Positions 50,429-60,180 of a stretch of DNA of 64,000 bases are shown here, piece by piece. The stretch comes from a virus (lineage: Duplodnaviria; Heunggongvirae; Uroviricota; Caudoviricetes). Numbering within the stretch: the stretch's first letter is position 1; every line of letters begins with the position of its first letter. Where the stretch lies: positions 128,001 to 192,000 of the IMG/VR virus record IMGVR_UViG_3300010049_000009, one strand, 5' to 3'. Made by a program: the position numbers and the translations under genes. The notes beneath the pieces are model-generated. The model had not been told where the DNA came from, searched no databases, and saw nothing but the letters and a program-made list of their open reading frames with translations.

Positions 50429-51487
50429 ATGACAATTGATTACATTAAAAATAATAATTTACTACTATTTGAATGTATCAGTGGTAGTAACGCATACGGA
50501 TTAAACACACCCGAATCAGATACGGATATTCGGGGTGTTTTCTATTTACCCAAAGACAAGTTTTATGGGTTACATTATGTACAACAGGTAGAAGATGAAA
50601 AAAAGGATGTGGTGTATTACGAATTGGGTAGATTTGTTGAACTGTTGTTGAAAAACAACCCCAACATGTTGGAATTATTGGCAACCCCCGAAGATTGTGT
50701 ATTATATCGTGATCCTATTATGGATAATCTGACGGTTGATATGTTTTTATCGAAGTTGTGTAAAAACACATTTGCGGGTTATGCAATATCTCAAATTCAA
50801 AAGGCACGAGGATTGAATAAAAAAATTCTCAATCCTATGTCGAAAGAGAGAAAATCCATACTTGATTTCTGTTATGTTCTACATGATTATGGTGGTTCCA
50901 TACCACTTGAAAAATGGTTATCACTTCGTGGTTTTAAACAAGAAGATTGTGGTCTTGCAAATATAAATCACATAAAAGATTTCTTTGATTTGTACCATTG
51001 GAATATGGGTACTTTTAGAGGGATTATGTCTTGTCCAAACGCCAATGAAGTTGCTCTTTCTTCTATACCCAAAGGTATGACTCCTCAAAATAGGTTGTAC
51101 TTTAATCGGAACGGATATTCCACATATTGTAAAGAATATAAAGAGTATTGGGAATGGGTTGAAAAACGAAGTGAAGTTCGGTTTAATAACACATTATCAC
51201 ACGGTAAGAGGTATGACGCTAAGAACATGATGCACACAATCAGGTTATTACAACAATCAGAAGAAATATTATCTAATGGCAATCTGATTGTTCGTGTACC
51301 TAATCGTGTGGAGTTGTTGGCAATCAGACGTGGTGAAGCAGAATATGACGACCTGGTAAATCGTGCAAAGGAAATGATTGAGCGAATAGATGGTTTGTAC
51401 AATACAAGTACATTGCAAGAAACACCACATGTTGAGTTTATTGAAAATGTTTTAATTCATATGCGAGAAACTTTGTACGAATGTTAG
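50429..51487 (+). CDS. RlaP/YcgL-type Pol-beta nucleotidyltransferase
   Basis: SGSNAYGLNTPESDTDIRGVF, NPNMLELL, YDAKNMMHTIRLL, LLAIRRGE. Confidence 0.88.
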   Translation: MTIDYIKNNNLLLFECISGSNAYGLNTPESDTDIRGVFYLPKDKFYGLHYVQQVEDEKKDVVYYELGRFVELLLKNNPNMLELLATPEDCVLYRDPIMDNLTVDMFLSKLCKNTFAGYAISQIQKARGLNKKILNPMSKERKSILDFCYVLHDYGGSIPLEKWLSLRGFKQEDCGLANINHIKDFFDLYHWNMGTFRGIMSCPNANEVALSSIPKGMTPQNRLYFNRNGYSTYCKEYKEYWEWVEKRSEVRFNNTLSHGKRYDAKNMMHTIRLLQQSEEILSNGNLIVRVPNRVELLAIRRGEAEYDDLVNRAKEMIERIDGLYNTSTLQETPHVEFIENVLIHMRETLYEC

Positions 51488-51768
51488 AAATAAAGAAACA
51501 AAATAATGCGGTGCATATTTGGCACAAAGATGGCACATATATTGGTTCAGCAAACGAAATTGAACTAATGGAGTTTCGTTGTCAAATTAAAGAAGAGTGT
51601 GTGGAGGGGTATTTTTTAACAATAGAACCTTGGATAAACGATACCCCATACAATATCAATAAGTACGGAAAAATAGTAAACCCCGATGATAGATACATAG
51701 AACACATTGAGGTATATGATGAATTGTTAAATCGCTATCTTAATTTAGGTAAATACGAATTGAAATAA
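51481..51768 (+). CDS. hypothetical protein
   Basis: ORF. Confidence 0.65.
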   Translation: MLEIKKQNNAVHIWHKDGTYIGSANEIELMEFRCQIKEECVEGYFLTIEPWINDTPYNINKYGKIVNPDDRYIEHIEVYDELLNRYLNLGKYELK

Positions 51769-51974
51769 TGTTTAGATTAAACGAACAGAGTAAGGCTTCA
51801 ATAGAAAGAGCAACAGGTATTCCGTATAACGATATACTGAATATGGATATAGAAACAATAGAACGTATTGTTGAAAAAAAAATTGGTAAAAAATTGAAAT
51901 TTACTGACGATGGGTTAATGGATTTTGATATTGCAGCGTTGGATAATTATATTGATAGTCTACCTATCCATTAA
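51768..51974 (+). CDS. hypothetical protein
   Basis: ORF. Confidence 0.6.
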   Translation: MFRLNEQSKASIERATGIPYNDILNMDIETIERIVEKKIGKKLKFTDDGLMDFDIAALDNYIDSLPIH

Positions 51975-52482
51975 AAACAGATTCATCAATAGCACTACCT
52001 TTTATGTTTCTATAAAATCTTTTATATCCAAACATTGTTTCGGTGTTGCTGAAATTCGCTTTACCATCATCAAACACTTCAAAGAATATCAATGTTTTAT
52101 TATCAGCAATAACCCCAACAAGGTCGCCATACTTAATATCACATTTGTATTCTTTTAGTGTTTCTTCAAATACCGAAAACGTAATATTACCAACTTGTTT
52201 ATATCGGGCGTTTTTAGATTTTGTATATGCTTCGTTTGTGCTTTTATCAATTTTGTATCTACAAGGTAATTCAATGGGGGATTTGTATTTGATTTGTTCA
52301 GCTTGTGTTTCACCGTATAAATCGTCAGTGTTGGTTCTAATATAATCAACCTGATACAAAATAACCTTTTGGTTTATATGTGTTTCAGTATAATCCCTTG
52401 CCCATTCCGAAAACATTTGAAACATACTTTCGTCAAAGTGTAGGGAATTTCGTGTAATAGGATATTTACCCCCCGTTTGCAT
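51964..52482 (-). CDS. putative neck/head-completion protein (gp14-like)
   Basis: V.LYQVD...T..DDLYGE...IKY..PIEL...DIKYGD pattern; in a late unit. Confidence 0.55.
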   Translation of the reverse strand: MQTGGKYPITRNSLHFDESMFQMFSEWARDYTETHINQKVILYQVDYIRTNTDDLYGETQAEQIKYKSPIELPCRYKIDKSTNEAYTKSKNARYKQVGNITFSVFEETLKEYKCDIKYGDLVGVIADNKTLIFFEVFDDGKANFSNTETMFGYKRFYRNIKGSAIDESVFNG

Positions 52483-52496
52483 AATTGTAAAAAGTA

Positions 52497-53642
52497 TTAT
52501 TGGTTACAATATTCGTCAAGATATTCTTCTTTAATACTATCAAAAAGTATTACAAATGAATCTTGAATACGCTCTGGCACTTGTGATTGGCGCAACTGCA
52601 TTTCCCCATTTGTGGTTACAGTTATTTGAACACGACTTAAATTAGTATATGATGTTCCGTGCATAGAAGTCAACCAAACAGCAACCTCTCTTTTTAACCT
52701 AATTGGAAGAAAACCAATTGATGCTATATTACCAACAGGAACAACCGCGTTGAAATTACAATTAACCATTATGGTTTTATTTTCAATTTTCCAATAAATT
52801 GTGCCGGACATTCCTGTTGTATCAACTCGACCTTCCATTGAAATATTGGTTGGAAACCCCTCTATTTCTACAAGATCACCTAAAGACGTTCTGACCGTTA
52901 AAACACCCCTACACCTATCAAAATCCATATCTCTAAAACCATGAACCGCTTGGGATATATCAATAATAACTTTATCTTCGGTTTCAACGCTATACGGTAA
53001 CTCTATTATACCTTCGGGTGTTGCTTCATATTCTCCTGGTGCAACATACCTATCGGTGTTGTTATTATATTTACTAAGGTCGGCGGTAAATGTATTACCA
53101 TCACTATCAAGTATTGTTAAAAGGTCGGTTTCTTCACCGGTTTCTTCATCTATATCAAAACTAAAATCTTCAATTACTGTATTCTGTGTGAATGGTGCGG
53201 TGGATATTTCAAAAACTTCTTCTTCAAATTCTTCACCTTCACAAACTTTTGAGTTCTGTTGTTTTAACACCAACATACCTTCCATTTCACCTTCTTCGTT
53301 TTCTCTCTCAATGTGTTCAAATCCGATTATCTTGGTATCGTCAGTGTTATTTATCTTACAACCATTACCACTAAGTTCATCAACTTGCATAGAACCGGCA
53401 GATAAATGACATTCAACATGAACATTACCCTTTAATTCAGTCATTAACGGATTATCTTCACATTCTTCTTCACCTGTTAATGGTACACAAGGGTCGGGAA
53501 GAAACACCACTCTTGGGTTTCCACAATTATCCACCAACATCCCTGTTTTCATATATCTAGACGCAGTCAAATGCCCCCAATCAACCTCATTGTCCATAAG
53601 AGGAAGTCTTACGTTTATATGTTTTGAGCAGTTTCTCTTCAT
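52497..53642 (-). CDS. putative virion structural protein
   Basis: Acidic beta-rich ORF; late motif 53663-53670; fibre-like C-terminal domain. Confidence 0.55.
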   Translation of the reverse strand: MKRNCSKHINVRLPLMDNEVDWGHLTASRYMKTGMLVDNCGNPRVVFLPDPCVPLTGEEECEDNPLMTELKGNVHVECHLSAGSMQVDELSGNGCKINNTDDTKIIGFEHIERENEEGEMEGMLVLKQQNSKVCEGEEFEEEVFEISTAPFTQNTVIEDFSFDIDEETGEETDLLTILDSDGNTFTADLSKYNNNTDRYVAPGEYEATPEGIIELPYSVETEDKVIIDISQAVHGFRDMDFDRCRGVLTVRTSLGDLVEIEGFPTNISMEGRVDTTGMSGTIYWKIENKTIMVNCNFNAVVPVGNIASIGFLPIRLKREVAVWLTSMHGTSYTNLSRVQITVTTNGEMQLRQSQVPERIQDSFVILFDSIKEEYLDEYCNQ

Positions 53643-53711
53643 TATCGTTTTTTTATTTTATTATAAATAGGTTTCTAAAATATTTCTATTTATATCTAAT
53701 TGTATTATGAG

Positions 53712-53719
53712 TATATTTG
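53712..53719 (+). promoter_or_regulatory. Bacteroidetes-type -7 element TATATTTG
   Basis: TAnnTTTG. Confidence 0.55.
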
Positions 53720-53766
53720 TAATATAATTTAGTTGAGTTCACTTCTCATTCGAGTAGAGGAAATCG

Positions 53767-53799
53767 AAAAACGCATAGGCAAGATTCTATGCGTTTTTT
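53767..53799 (+). terminator. terminator-like hairpin upstream of ASCH gene
   Basis: AAAAACGCATAG-8nt-CTATGCGTTTTTT. Confidence 0.7.
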
Positions 53800-53845
53800 G
53801 TTTTCCGAATAAAGATATGTAGATTTATAGTAAAATCTAAATTTC

Positions 53846-54325
53846 ATGAAAGCATTAACGATAAAATCACCGTGGGCGTTTTTGATTGCCTGTGGAGTTA
53901 AAAATATAGAAAACCGTACTTGGAAAACCAATTTTAGAGGTAGAATTTTTATTCATCAATCTAAAAACGGTATTGAGGTAAAAGATCGTGGGTTTCCTTT
54001 TTCAAGTGAACAATTGAAAGTATTAGTTTCTTTAATAGGAAAACCACCACGTGAATATAATAACTTTAATGATATAGAATGGTTAAAATTTTTTGTAAAT
54101 GGTGGTAAAAAAAATCGCAATTCAGCAATTATTGGTTCGGTTGATATAGTTGACTGCGTTATTGGTTCACCCAAAAACGGCGTGTGGGCGGAATATACTG
54201 AATATGATGACGAAAAACCCATCTACAATTGGATTTTAGCAAACCCGAAATTATATAAAAATCCCATTATGGATATTAAGGGAAGTTTATCTTTGTGGGA
54301 ACTTAATATGGAGGAACCGGAATGA
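53846..54325 (+). CDS. ASCH domain protein
   Basis: MKALTIKSPWA.LI..GVKNIENRTW.T.FRGRIFIH; KGSLSLW. Confidence 0.9.
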   Translation: MKALTIKSPWAFLIACGVKNIENRTWKTNFRGRIFIHQSKNGIEVKDRGFPFSSEQLKVLVSLIGKPPREYNNFNDIEWLKFFVNGGKKNRNSAIIGSVDIVDCVIGSPKNGVWAEYTEYDDEKPIYNWILANPKLYKNPIMDIKGSLSLWELNMEEPE

Positions 54326-55146
54326 CATTAAATAAAAACAAATGGGGAGAGGTAAATAACCGAAAAGATGTTATTGAGTTGAGAGAATATATCACAAATT
54401 CTTTCAAGAACTTAACATTTAAGGAAGATACCCACCAATACTTTCTCAACGGCAAAGAACTAAAATCGGTGTCAAAAATAGTTGAAAAGTTTACCCCCAA
54501 GTTTGATGCAAAAGCACAAGCACAGCGTTGTTATGAAAAATATTATAACAACGAAAATTCAAAATATTATGGAAAAACTCCCAAGCAAATACTGAAAGAG
54601 TGGCAATCAATCAGCAAAAAGGCATGTGATATTGGACACGAAAAACATTCTTATAATGAAATCTTATTTGATTTTTACACAGGAAAAATCGAAGAGGTCG
54701 TATTACCGGAAATAGGTGATTATATGGGTTGGAACAGTGTTAAGTTTTGGGAAGATTTACCTGCTTGTTATATCCCAATATTGAGCGAATGTCGGGTGTA
54801 TGACGAAATGTTAAAATATTCGGGTACTTTTGACTTACTATGTGCTTGGGATAGACCACATATACCGCTTATAGAATCTTTGGTTCTAATGGATTTTAAA
54901 ACTAATAGAGATTTATTTAAGAATTTCAACGATCAAAGAATGTTACACCCATTTGAAGACATGCGAGATTCACCGGCGGAAGGTATGTACCCATTACAGT
55001 TATCATTATATCAAATACCATTAGAACGGATTGGTTGTAAAGTATTGGATAGAGTGTTAATTTATTTAAACGAGAGTGAAGATTGTTATGGTAAATATAA
55101 AATGGATAACCATACAGAAAGATTAAAAAATATACTTAAAAAATAA
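54322..55146 (+). CDS. PD-(D/E)XK exonuclease
   Basis: SVS, G...H, E..V, SGTFDLL, MDFKTN, LQLSLY. Confidence 0.8.
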   Translation: MTLNKNKWGEVNNRKDVIELREYITNSFKNLTFKEDTHQYFLNGKELKSVSKIVEKFTPKFDAKAQAQRCYEKYYNNENSKYYGKTPKQILKEWQSISKKACDIGHEKHSYNEILFDFYTGKIEEVVLPEIGDYMGWNSVKFWEDLPACYIPILSECRVYDEMLKYSGTFDLLCAWDRPHIPLIESLVLMDFKTNRDLFKNFNDQRMLHPFEDMRDSPAEGMYPLQLSLYQIPLERIGCKVLDRVLIYLNESEDCYGKYKMDNHTERLKNILKK

Positions 55147-55150
55147 AATC

Positions 55151-55972
55151 ATGTTAATAGGTGTTAGTGGGCTTATAGGTAGTGGTAAAGATGCAACCGC
55201 AAAATGTATTCAAGCGTTGGATTGTTGGTATAATCAGTATGGAAATAAAATGGTAGAATTTGAGAATTATACTGATATTCAATTCTGTAAAGACGTGTTG
55301 GAAGATAAAGTATTTAGTGGATGTGATGTTATTCACACTTCATGGTCTATCAAAAAATACGCCACCAAATTAAAACAAGTGGCATCAATATTATTAGACT
55401 GTAATGTTGAAGATTTTGAAAGAATAGAATTTAAAAATTCGTTATTACCTCGTGAATGGCAGGTCGAAGGTGAACCACCACGAACATATCGCCATTTGTT
55501 ACAAACAATAGGAACAAACTGTATTCGTAATCATTATAACGAAAAGGCGTGGATATTATCAATGTTCAACACATATAAACGAACACTAATACCATATCCC
55601 GAAGGTGAATATAATGTTGAATGTGAAATCTGTGGTGAAAGAGAGCAGGATGTTGACAAGCGTATGATATTGTGTAGAAAGTGTTATGTAGAGCGTCAAT
55701 ATCCCGATTGGGTAATATCCGATGCAAGATATTTCAATGAAATCGATGCTATAAAAGAACGTGGTGGTTATATGATTAGAGTGGATAGAGGGCAGGATGC
55801 TTACCAAAACCACAACCCCCTCAGTGCGGGTTTAACCGCAAACCATACAAGCGAATTGGAATGGCAACAATTTAATGGGTGGGATTACGTTATTGATAAC
55901 AATGGAACACTTGAAGACTTGATAATGAAAGTTAAAAATATTATGGTAGAACTTGAATTAATAAAAATATAA
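55151..55972 (+). CDS. deoxynucleoside monophosphate kinase (T4 gp1-like)
   Basis: IGVSGLIGSGKD, R..LQTIGT, ISDARYFNE...I...GG, H.SE. Confidence 0.88.
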   Translation: MLIGVSGLIGSGKDATAKCIQALDCWYNQYGNKMVEFENYTDIQFCKDVLEDKVFSGCDVIHTSWSIKKYATKLKQVASILLDCNVEDFERIEFKNSLLPREWQVEGEPPRTYRHLLQTIGTNCIRNHYNEKAWILSMFNTYKRTLIPYPEGEYNVECEICGEREQDVDKRMILCRKCYVERQYPDWVISDARYFNEIDAIKERGGYMIRVDRGQDAYQNHNPLSAGLTANHTSELEWQQFNGWDYVIDNNGTLEDLIMKVKNIMVELELIKI

Positions 55973-55977
55973 GTGAT

Positions 55978-56256
55978 ATGGAAACAAATAAGAAAAAGTT
56001 GATTAAATATGCACTCCTCAATCACATAAAAACATATTTGAGGTATTATGTGCCGAAAGAAAATATTAAAAAGGAAGAAGATAAACTTTTTGCTGCGTTA
56101 AAAGACTTGTTTGATAACGTTCCATTGGAACAAATGGGTGACACCCAAAAGTTCTGTGGAAACGGTCGATGGAATTTCTTGTTTCGTAAAACCCGAAAGA
56201 CTTGGGGTGAAACAATGCTTGATGATATACATGAAATAATAGTTAGTAGATTATGA
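55978..56256 (+). CDS. hypothetical protein
   Basis: ORF. Confidence 0.6.
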   Translation: METNKKKLIKYALLNHIKTYLRYYVPKENIKKEEDKLFAALKDLFDNVPLEQMGDTQKFCGNGRWNFLFRKTRKTWGETMLDDIHEIIVSRL

Positions 56257-56657
56257 CCCAAGCAATGAGAGAACATTTTTTAGCAATAGATTTGCTGAAT
56301 ATTAAGGACAATATAATGTCTTTATTAGATATTTGTAATGATATTGAACTAATATCTTACTATCGTTATCCTTCCTGTGTTAGAAATGTAATATTATCAA
56401 CACAAATTGAAGGCGAAGAGGAAGAAGTGTGGTTAAACATATTTGGGGAAAAAATTATAAATTTACTTCCTCAATATAGTGTAATGTTTGATAACAAGAT
56501 AGTAGTTGAATTTAAACCCAAAACCAAGCGTGGTAAAAAAGGCGAAATATTAACCTCACTGTTTTTTGCCCACAAGGATAATCATTATTATATTGGATTA
56601 ACCGCCGAAAACAAAGACGGTATTCCACCAATAAAGTTGAAGAAAATAAAAAAATAA
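56253..56657 (+). CDS. hypothetical protein
   Basis: ORF. Confidence 0.6.
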   Translation: MTQAMREHFLAIDLLNIKDNIMSLLDICNDIELISYYRYPSCVRNVILSTQIEGEEEEVWLNIFGEKIINLLPQYSVMFDNKIVVEFKPKTKRGKKGEILTSLFFAHKDNHYYIGLTAENKDGIPPIKLKKIKK

Positions 56658-56662
56658 CTGAT

Positions 56663-58831
56663 ATGATAGAATTAAAAGATATTAAGGATTTTATTAATAA
56701 TAAGAGAAAATTTGAAATAATAACCACAAGTGAACAACTAAACGAAATATCCAACAAATTAAAGTTGGAATTTATCGGTATTGATAAACAAATTGATGAG
56801 TTAATCAATGCAGTTAAACCTTGGTTATTTTTCAAAGATTCTTTAGAAAAACCATTAGTGGTTAATTTAGTTGGATTAACCGGTTGTGGAAAAACAGCAT
56901 TAGTTAATAGGTTAATATCGTTATTGGGGTTGGAATTTTATTGTCATACTGTTAATGGTTCAGATTTAAACGAAGAAAAAGCACTGAATTTTCTTCTATA
57001 TGACCACAACAGACATATTGACCACCCAATTATAATTTTAGATGAATTTCAAAATTACAAAGCAAAAGACAGTGACGGTGAAATAGATTCCTATAAATCC
57101 GGCTTGTGGTTGTTTATGGATACCGGACTATTGAAATATGACGGTAGAATTGAAACGTATGACGATAATGAAGGGGTGTCGGCAGCAGTGCGAATATTTA
57201 GATCGCTACTGTATTTAAAGAACAAAACATATAAAAACCTTTCATTTTCTTTATCCGAAGAGGAATATAAACGATTTGAAAACTACCACAATGATGTGGG
57301 TGAAGATGTTGAAAATAATAGGTCCAAATTGGTGGATATTGGTACAAACAAAATGTATGTTAGTATATCAGACGAAATAATATTGGATTTATTAGGGTGC
57401 TGCGATATTAGACCAAGTCAAACCAGCAGCAAACAAACTATATTCACTTTCAAACAAGGTTTTATTGACAATGTTGCTAAAATAATAAAGTTGTATGGAT
57501 TGGACACAATCATTAATCTAAATACATTGTACGAGGATATGTCCGAAATGTTGATTGGTGATATTACCGATTTTCTCACAACACTTCGGAATGACCTTAT
57601 CAATGGTTCAAAAAAACCACAAGTAAATTATAAACGTAGTTTGATATTCGTTCTTCTCAATTTGGATGAAGCGTATCACGGTATGCACTCGGATTTCAGT
57701 GCCGATATATCCGCTGACGAATTTAATAAAATATCCAAAAAAATATCTATCGTTGAAGTCAAAGAAGCACTAATGGATAGATATAGAGCAGAACACGTTT
57801 CAAGATTGGGTAATACATTCATAATTTATCCCTCATTAGATTCTAAATCATATAAAATTATTATTCGGAATATTCTTAATAGTTATTCGGAGTACATTCA
57901 AAAAACATATAACATAGAATTGAAGTTCGATAAATCTATTCATTCAATTGTGTATAGAGAAAACGTGTTTCCAACACTTGGGGTTAGACCATTACAGACA
58001 GGTATTAATGACTTGATTAAGTCAAATTTTGCCAATACGTTATTACACAAAAACGTTAATGAAATATATTGTGATACTATTGAATATTCGTATAAGAATA
58101 AAAAAATATTAGTTTCATTTTATGAGAATGGTAGTTTGGTTGGAAATACTGAACATAAAATTCACCTACGTTTAGAAAGTTTACGAAATAACAAGGGTAA
58201 TGATTTACAAACATTAACCGCCATACACGAAGCCGGACATGCTGTTGCTATGGTCGCCCTATTCAATAAACTTCCCATACAAGTTTTGTCTGTTACAACC
58301 GATCCTGTTAATAGTGGTTTCACGCTTGATCGTATCGAAGAAGATTCTATAACAAACAGAGATATTATTGATAAGAAAATTAGCGTTTCGCTTGCGGGTA
58401 GAGCAGCAGAAATTATTGTTTTTGGTGATGAATTAATTAGTACGGGTGCATCGAGTGATTTAGAGTATGCAACCGGTTTAGTGATTAGGTCGTATAGAAA
58501 ATGGAATTTGAAAGGTCGGTTAGGTGTTTTTACATTAGCAGAAGATGATGATAGTCTAATGAAGGAACATAGTGATTACGATACACAAAAAGACGCGGTT
58601 CTTGAATTGAGAAGAATTATGCAAAATACCGTTGCGTTGTTGGAAAAACATAAACCACTTTTATTACAAATTGGTAAATATTTGACAACACATACTTCGA
58701 TATCCCAGACCAAGTTGAGGGAACATATCAGAAAGTATTCAGATATTGATGTTAATACCTTGTTATCTATAAATGAAAAAACAAATTATGGGTATACGAA
58801 AAAATTAAATAAGGTCTTGAATGAGATTTAA
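56663..58831 (+). CDS. soluble AAA+ ATPase fused to FtsH-like M41 metallopeptidase
   Basis: GLTGCGKT, ILDEFQ, GVRPL; TAIHEAGH, SLAGRAAE..FG...STGASSDL; no TM segment. Confidence 0.85.
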   Translation: MIELKDIKDFINNKRKFEIITTSEQLNEISNKLKLEFIGIDKQIDELINAVKPWLFFKDSLEKPLVVNLVGLTGCGKTALVNRLISLLGLEFYCHTVNGSDLNEEKALNFLLYDHNRHIDHPIIILDEFQNYKAKDSDGEIDSYKSGLWLFMDTGLLKYDGRIETYDDNEGVSAAVRIFRSLLYLKNKTYKNLSFSLSEEEYKRFENYHNDVGEDVENNRSKLVDIGTNKMYVSISDEIILDLLGCCDIRPSQTSSKQTIFTFKQGFIDNVAKIIKLYGLDTIINLNTLYEDMSEMLIGDITDFLTTLRNDLINGSKKPQVNYKRSLIFVLLNLDEAYHGMHSDFSADISADEFNKISKKISIVEVKEALMDRYRAEHVSRLGNTFIIYPSLDSKSYKIIIRNILNSYSEYIQKTYNIELKFDKSIHSIVYRENVFPTLGVRPLQTGINDLIKSNFANTLLHKNVNEIYCDTIEYSYKNKKILVSFYENGSLVGNTEHKIHLRLESLRNNKGNDLQTLTAIHEAGHAVAMVALFNKLPIQVLSVTTDPVNSGFTLDRIEEDSITNRDIIDKKISVSLAGRAAEIIVFGDELISTGASSDLEYATGLVIRSYRKWNLKGRLGVFTLAEDDDSLMKEHSDYDTQKDAVLELRRIMQNTVALLEKHKPLLLQIGKYLTTHTSISQTKLREHIRKYSDIDVNTLLSINEKTNYGYTKKLNKVLNEI

Positions 58832-60060
58832 CCCTCATTAAAAGATACAACCTGACTAACAATTTCAGGGAGAGTACAGGTGACACCTAATGATACGGTG
58901 TCACTTATTATATCCGGTATTTCGCAACTAACAAATCCAATAGAGATACTATCACTTATAATATCAGGTAGAATACAATCATAAATGTTCTTGGGTATTT
59001 CACAACAAACTATTTCTGCGTTGAAACGAATTTTGGCGGGTGCGTAGTTATCCCACTTCTTGAAATGAATTTCCACCTTTTCATGTTCATACAATCTAAA
59101 ACCATTACCACAAACATTGATAGATTCGTCATTACGTTTTAAAGTAAATGAGCGAATATTGTCGGTTGAAACGGAGTGTACATACAAATTTTCATCTAAT
59201 CTGAATTTAGCGTAACTTCGAGAATTAACAGGAAAATCCACAACCAAATCCACCTTACCAGGACAACAATCATCTTCTACAATGGTGGCGCACGGTTTGT
59301 ATTTCGCTTCGGTATCCACTGACACCAAAACTCTGTTTTGCAATCGTTCTCTTTTAAAATCAGATTCTTGTAAAATATATGCTTTTACAAGTATTTCGTA
59401 GTTTTGAAGATAATATCTTCTTGTTTCTAAATCCGTTTTAGTTTCGTCACCAACCTTTTCCAATTCCATTGACACATAATAAGTGTCTTTAACACGAAGA
59501 TATGCTTGTAATGCTTTAAACCTATCAAGTATCATTGTGTTGAACTTATTTACTGTTTCCATTTTCACACTAAAAATAGATACAGTGTATTTAAGATCAA
59601 TCGCAACAGGTTGTTTCATTGAGATAACATCATACCCTTCAACACCGTTTTCAACGATTGGAATATAACAAACAGGAAATGTTGATTCACCGGGAATGTT
59701 AAATATTTTTCCGTGTATTGTTCCTTGTTGTGGTGCTAATTCTCGTGATATGGTTTTGAACGACAACAACATTTCACCTTCGCTATTTGTTATTTTCCAA
59801 TTCTTACCAAAATCACTAAGTCTTTGTATTGACAATAAAAATTGAGTTGGTACAAGTTGTTTGTTATACACTATCTGCAACTCACGCTCAACCCACTCCT
59901 TGAAACTTGCGTCAATATCTTCCACCGACATAAGTTTGGGATTATACGCTTGGTCAAGAAATGCTTCGAGTGCTAATTTTTTACGCCACGGTTCACCAAA
60001 ACTATGTGGGTAATCCCCACGTGTTGGATTTATATTATTTTTACCACCATTTATGAACAT
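58828..60060 (-). CDS. putative tail completion/terminator protein
   Basis: Late motif 60078-60085; QPVAIDLKYTVSIF...NKFN..IL..F pattern. Confidence 0.55.
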   Translation of the reverse strand: MFINGGKNNINPTRGDYPHSFGEPWRKKLALEAFLDQAYNPKLMSVEDIDASFKEWVERELQIVYNKQLVPTQFLLSIQRLSDFGKNWKITNSEGEMLLSFKTISRELAPQQGTIHGKIFNIPGESTFPVCYIPIVENGVEGYDVISMKQPVAIDLKYTVSIFSVKMETVNKFNTMILDRFKALQAYLRVKDTYYVSMELEKVGDETKTDLETRRYYLQNYEILVKAYILQESDFKRERLQNRVLVSVDTEAKYKPCATIVEDDCCPGKVDLVVDFPVNSRSYAKFRLDENLYVHSVSTDNIRSFTLKRNDESINVCGNGFRLYEHEKVEIHFKKWDNYAPAKIRFNAEIVCCEIPKNIYDCILPDIISDSISIGFVSCEIPDIISDTVSLGVTCTLPEIVSQVVSFNEG

Positions 60061-60180
60061 CTACAAATTAGTTTTCTATAAATAGAAAAAATATAGTTTA
60101 TTGTAGGATCGGATTAATAAATGTAAATTATATTGTTTTGATATAGAATTTTGTGTATATTAAATTTAAAAAATAAATAT

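Noticed and set aside
54322-55146. Cas4 of a CRISPR system
   Set aside because: No four-Cys cluster, other cas genes or array; ordinary phage PD-(D/E)XK nuclease
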